Below are positions 61,692-64,000 of a stretch of 64,000 nucleotides of DNA, piece after piece. How positions within the stretch are numbered: the first letter of the stretch is position 1; every line of letters begins with the position of its first letter. The notes beneath the pieces were generated by a model, which had not been told where the DNA came from, did not search any database, and was given only the letters and a program-made list of their open reading frames with translations. The position numbers and the translations under genes were made by a program. Source of the DNA: Deltaproteobacteria bacterium (lineage in GTDB: Bacteria; Myxococcota; Myxococcia; Myxococcales; 40CM-4-68-19); contig JANYKT010000140.1 of assembly GCA_025358085.1 (NCBI GenBank), positions 40,225-104,224 on the forward strand. The letters run 5' to 3'.

Positions 61692-61972
61692 ATGGTCACG
61701 TCAATCTCGTGGTGGGTGGCGATTCAGTCTTGAAAGAATTGGATGACGAGCTTTCCAAAAGTGTTTTCCTCCAGCAGGCCGCTAGAATCGTATGCGCGAG
61801 ACGATTTGCCGCGCAATATTTCCGGGTTCGCAGGACAGCTCGCCATTGTCGTTGCCGAATATTCAACACTCCGGCACCTCTCAGGCGAAGGTGGTCTGCT
61901 GGCCACTCGATCCTGGGTTGCGCAAGCCGCATGACCAGCCGCCTAAGACTTTAGTTAGCCCAAGGAGATCCG

Positions 61973-64000
61973 ATGAAAGATCCGACTCAAGATAAAACTT
62001 TTACCGACACTTACAAGATGGCTGGCAAATGTCCTTTCGGCGGCGACCGGATCGGCGGCGCGTTCGGCACGCCTCCAACGCTCGAGAACTGGTATCCCAA
62101 TCGCCTGAGAGTAGAGTTGCTTCATCAAAACGGCCTGCAGGCCGACCCGCTGGGCCCGGAGTTCGACTACGCCGCCGAGTTCAAAAAACTCGACTTCGAA
62201 GCCCTCAAACGCGACATCAAACAGTTTCTAACGAGCTCGGTCGCGTGGTGGCCATCCGACTACCAGAACTACGGCCCGCAGATGGTCCGGATGGCGTGGC
62301 ACGCAGCGGGGACCTACCGCATCGCAGATGGGCGAGGCGGTGCCGGCACGGCGATGCAGCGCTTCGCGCCAATCAGTAGCTGGTGGGACAACGGCAATAC
62401 CGACAAGTCACGCCGCCTTCTGCAGCCGATCAAGCACAAGTACGGAAATGGCCTGTCCTGGGGCGATCTGATGATCCTGACGGGCAATTGCGCGCTGGAA
62501 ATCATGGGCTTCCCGACCTACGGCTTTGGTGGAGGCCGACTCGACGCCTGGGAAGCAGACAATGCAACTTATTGGGGTCCGGAAATCTGGGATCCGAACC
62601 ATGTCGACAGCTACGACAGCATGGTCACCCGCGACAAGCGCTGGCGCGGCAAGAATGCTGATGCCGATTACGACCTTGAAAATCCGCTTGCGGCCTCGCA
62701 CCAGGCGCTCATCTACGTCAATCCGGAAGGCCCTTACTCCAATGGCGATCCTCTAGGGTCGGCACGCGATATCAGAATCACCTTCACGCGTATGGCGATG
62801 AATGACGAAGAGACGGTGGCCCTGATCGCCGGCGGCCACGCATTCGGCAAAAGCCATGGGATGGTGCCGTCGAAAAAGATCGGCCCGCCGCCCGAAATCT
62901 CACCCATTGAAGCGATGGGACTCGGCTGGCACAACCCGCAGGGACCGGGTTTCGCGCAGGACACAATGACCAACGGGATCGAGGGCAGCTGGACGCAGAA
63001 CCCGACCCAATGGGACAACAGCTACCTCGAAAACCTGTTCAAATTCGAATGGGAGCAGACCAGGAGTCCGGCCGGCGCGTTGCAGTGGAAACCGACCGAC
63101 CCGAGCGCGCCCAAGACCCCCGACGCACACATCAAAAACCAGCTGAATCCTTTGATGATGATGACCAGCGATCTCGCGCTCAAGGTTGACCCCGAGTATC
63201 GGAAGGTCTGCGAAAAGTTCCTGAAGGACTTCGATGCCTTCACCCAGGCTTTTTCCAAGGCCTGGTACAAACTGACCCACCGCGACATGGGTCCCAGGCA
63301 TCGCTACCTGGGCCCGGAAGTAAAAATCGAGGACGGGCTGTTATGGCAGGATCCACTACCTGAGCGCGGCCATGAGTTGGTCGGCGAGGCAGAAGTCGCC
63401 GCGCTGAAATTGGCGATCATGAAGACCGGGCTTTCGGTTTCCGATTTGGCCTTCACCGCTTTTTCCGCGGCTGCGACTTATCGCGACAGCGACAAGCGTG
63501 GCGGGGCCAACGGTGGCCGCCTGGCGCTCTCACCCCAGAAGGATTGGGCGGTCAATCGCCGCGCCGCGCCCGTGATCGAAAAGTTGCGCGGCGTGATGGC
63601 GGAGTTCAACGGCAAACGGGCCGCCGGCAAGAAAATCTCGTTGGCCGATCTGATCGTGCTGGGCGGTTGCGCTGCCGTCGAGAAGGCCGCAAGAGATGCG
63701 GGGGTCGAAGCCGGCGTTCCTTTCACCCCGGGTCGTGTGGATACGACGCAGACACTCACCGATATTGAAATGACCGAATGGCTGAAGCCGGTTGTGGATG
63801 GCTTCCGTAATTATGTGGATGGTAACTTCAAGCAGCTTTCGCAAGGCGTCGCGCCCGAGGAGTTCTTTCTCGATAAAGCAAACCTGCTGACGTTGACCGC
63901 TCCGGAGTGGACTGTCTTGACGGGAGGCCTGCGCGTTCTGAACGTAAATCATGATGGATCGGCCATGGGCGTCTTCACCAATAGAATTGGCGTTTTAACC
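61973..64000 (+). CDS. katG: Catalase-peroxidase (3' end outside window)
   Basis: SD AAGGAG; [69 protein letters not shown]; frame open to the edge. Confidence 0.96.
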   Translation, partial: MKDPTQDKTFTDTYKMAGKCPFGGDRIGGAFGTPPTLENWYPNRLRVELLHQNGLQADPLGPEFDYAAEFKKLDFEALKRDIKQFLTSSVAWWPSDYQNYGPQMVRMAWHAAGTYRIADGRGGAGTAMQRFAPISSWWDNGNTDKSRRLLQPIKHKYGNGLSWGDLMILTGNCALEIMGFPTYGFGGGRLDAWEADNATYWGPEIWDPNHVDSYDSMVTRDKRWRGKNADADYDLENPLAASHQALIYVNPEGPYSNGDPLGSARDIRITFTRMAMNDEETVALIAGGHAFGKSHGMVPSKKIGPPPEISPIEAMGLGWHNPQGPGFAQDTMTNGIEGSWTQNPTQWDNSYLENLFKFEWEQTRSPAGALQWKPTDPSAPKTPDAHIKNQLNPLMMMTSDLALKVDPEYRKVCEKFLKDFDAFTQAFSKAWYKLTHRDMGPRHRYLGPEVKIEDGLLWQDPLPERGHELVGEAEVAALKLAIMKTGLSVSDLAFTAFSAAATYRDSDKRGGANGGRLALSPQKDWAVNRRAAPVIEKLRGVMAEFNGKRAAGKKISLADLIVLGGCAAVEKAARDAGVEAGVPFTPGRVDTTQTLTDIEMTEWLKPVVDGFRNYVDGNFKQLSQGVAPEEFFLDKANLLTLTAPEWTVLTGGLRVLNVNHDGSAMGVFTNRIGVLT

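Overview
A GC-rich chromosomal segment, most likely from a myxobacterium (Myxococcota/Deltaproteobacteria), judged from a MYXO-CTERM tail, DAG-repeat lipoproteins, an FHA protein and sigma54 regulation. All calls rest on motif recognition; no searches were run. In order: a prephenate dehydratase/DAHP synthase/chorismate mutase triple fusion running off the left edge; an FHA protein, a di-heme peroxidase and a USP; a sigma54 two-component system divergent from a TolC/MFP/RND operon; greB and apaG-phoB-phoR-DUF47-pit; a porin, a liv-type ABC operon, an MFS transporter and panE. A decayed patch next to tRNA-Ala(GGC) holds a flavoprotein disulfide reductase remnant, frameshifted arsJ, ACP+FkbH, two CysE-like acyltransferases, MEDS plus a hybrid kinase, and a kinase remnant. 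Then come GT4, an O-antigen-ligase-like gene, a DUF4091 MYXO-CTERM protein, moeB/rhodanese, dksA, a diadenylate cyclase, hemE, a Gly-rich protein, hemY, a KimA-like K+ transporter, sixA, ppx/gppA, a HAD protein, two paralogous lipoproteins, a TPR protein, an NCS1 transporter, a polar amino acid ABC system, a DJ-1 pseudogene and katG (runs off the right edge). Most notable: the triple fusion, the diadenylate cyclase/KimA proximity, the FkbH-ACP-LbH module, single in-frame TAG codons in kimA and ppx, and a recurring leaderless-gene signature. Several frameshifts lie in homopolymers and may be sequencing errors.
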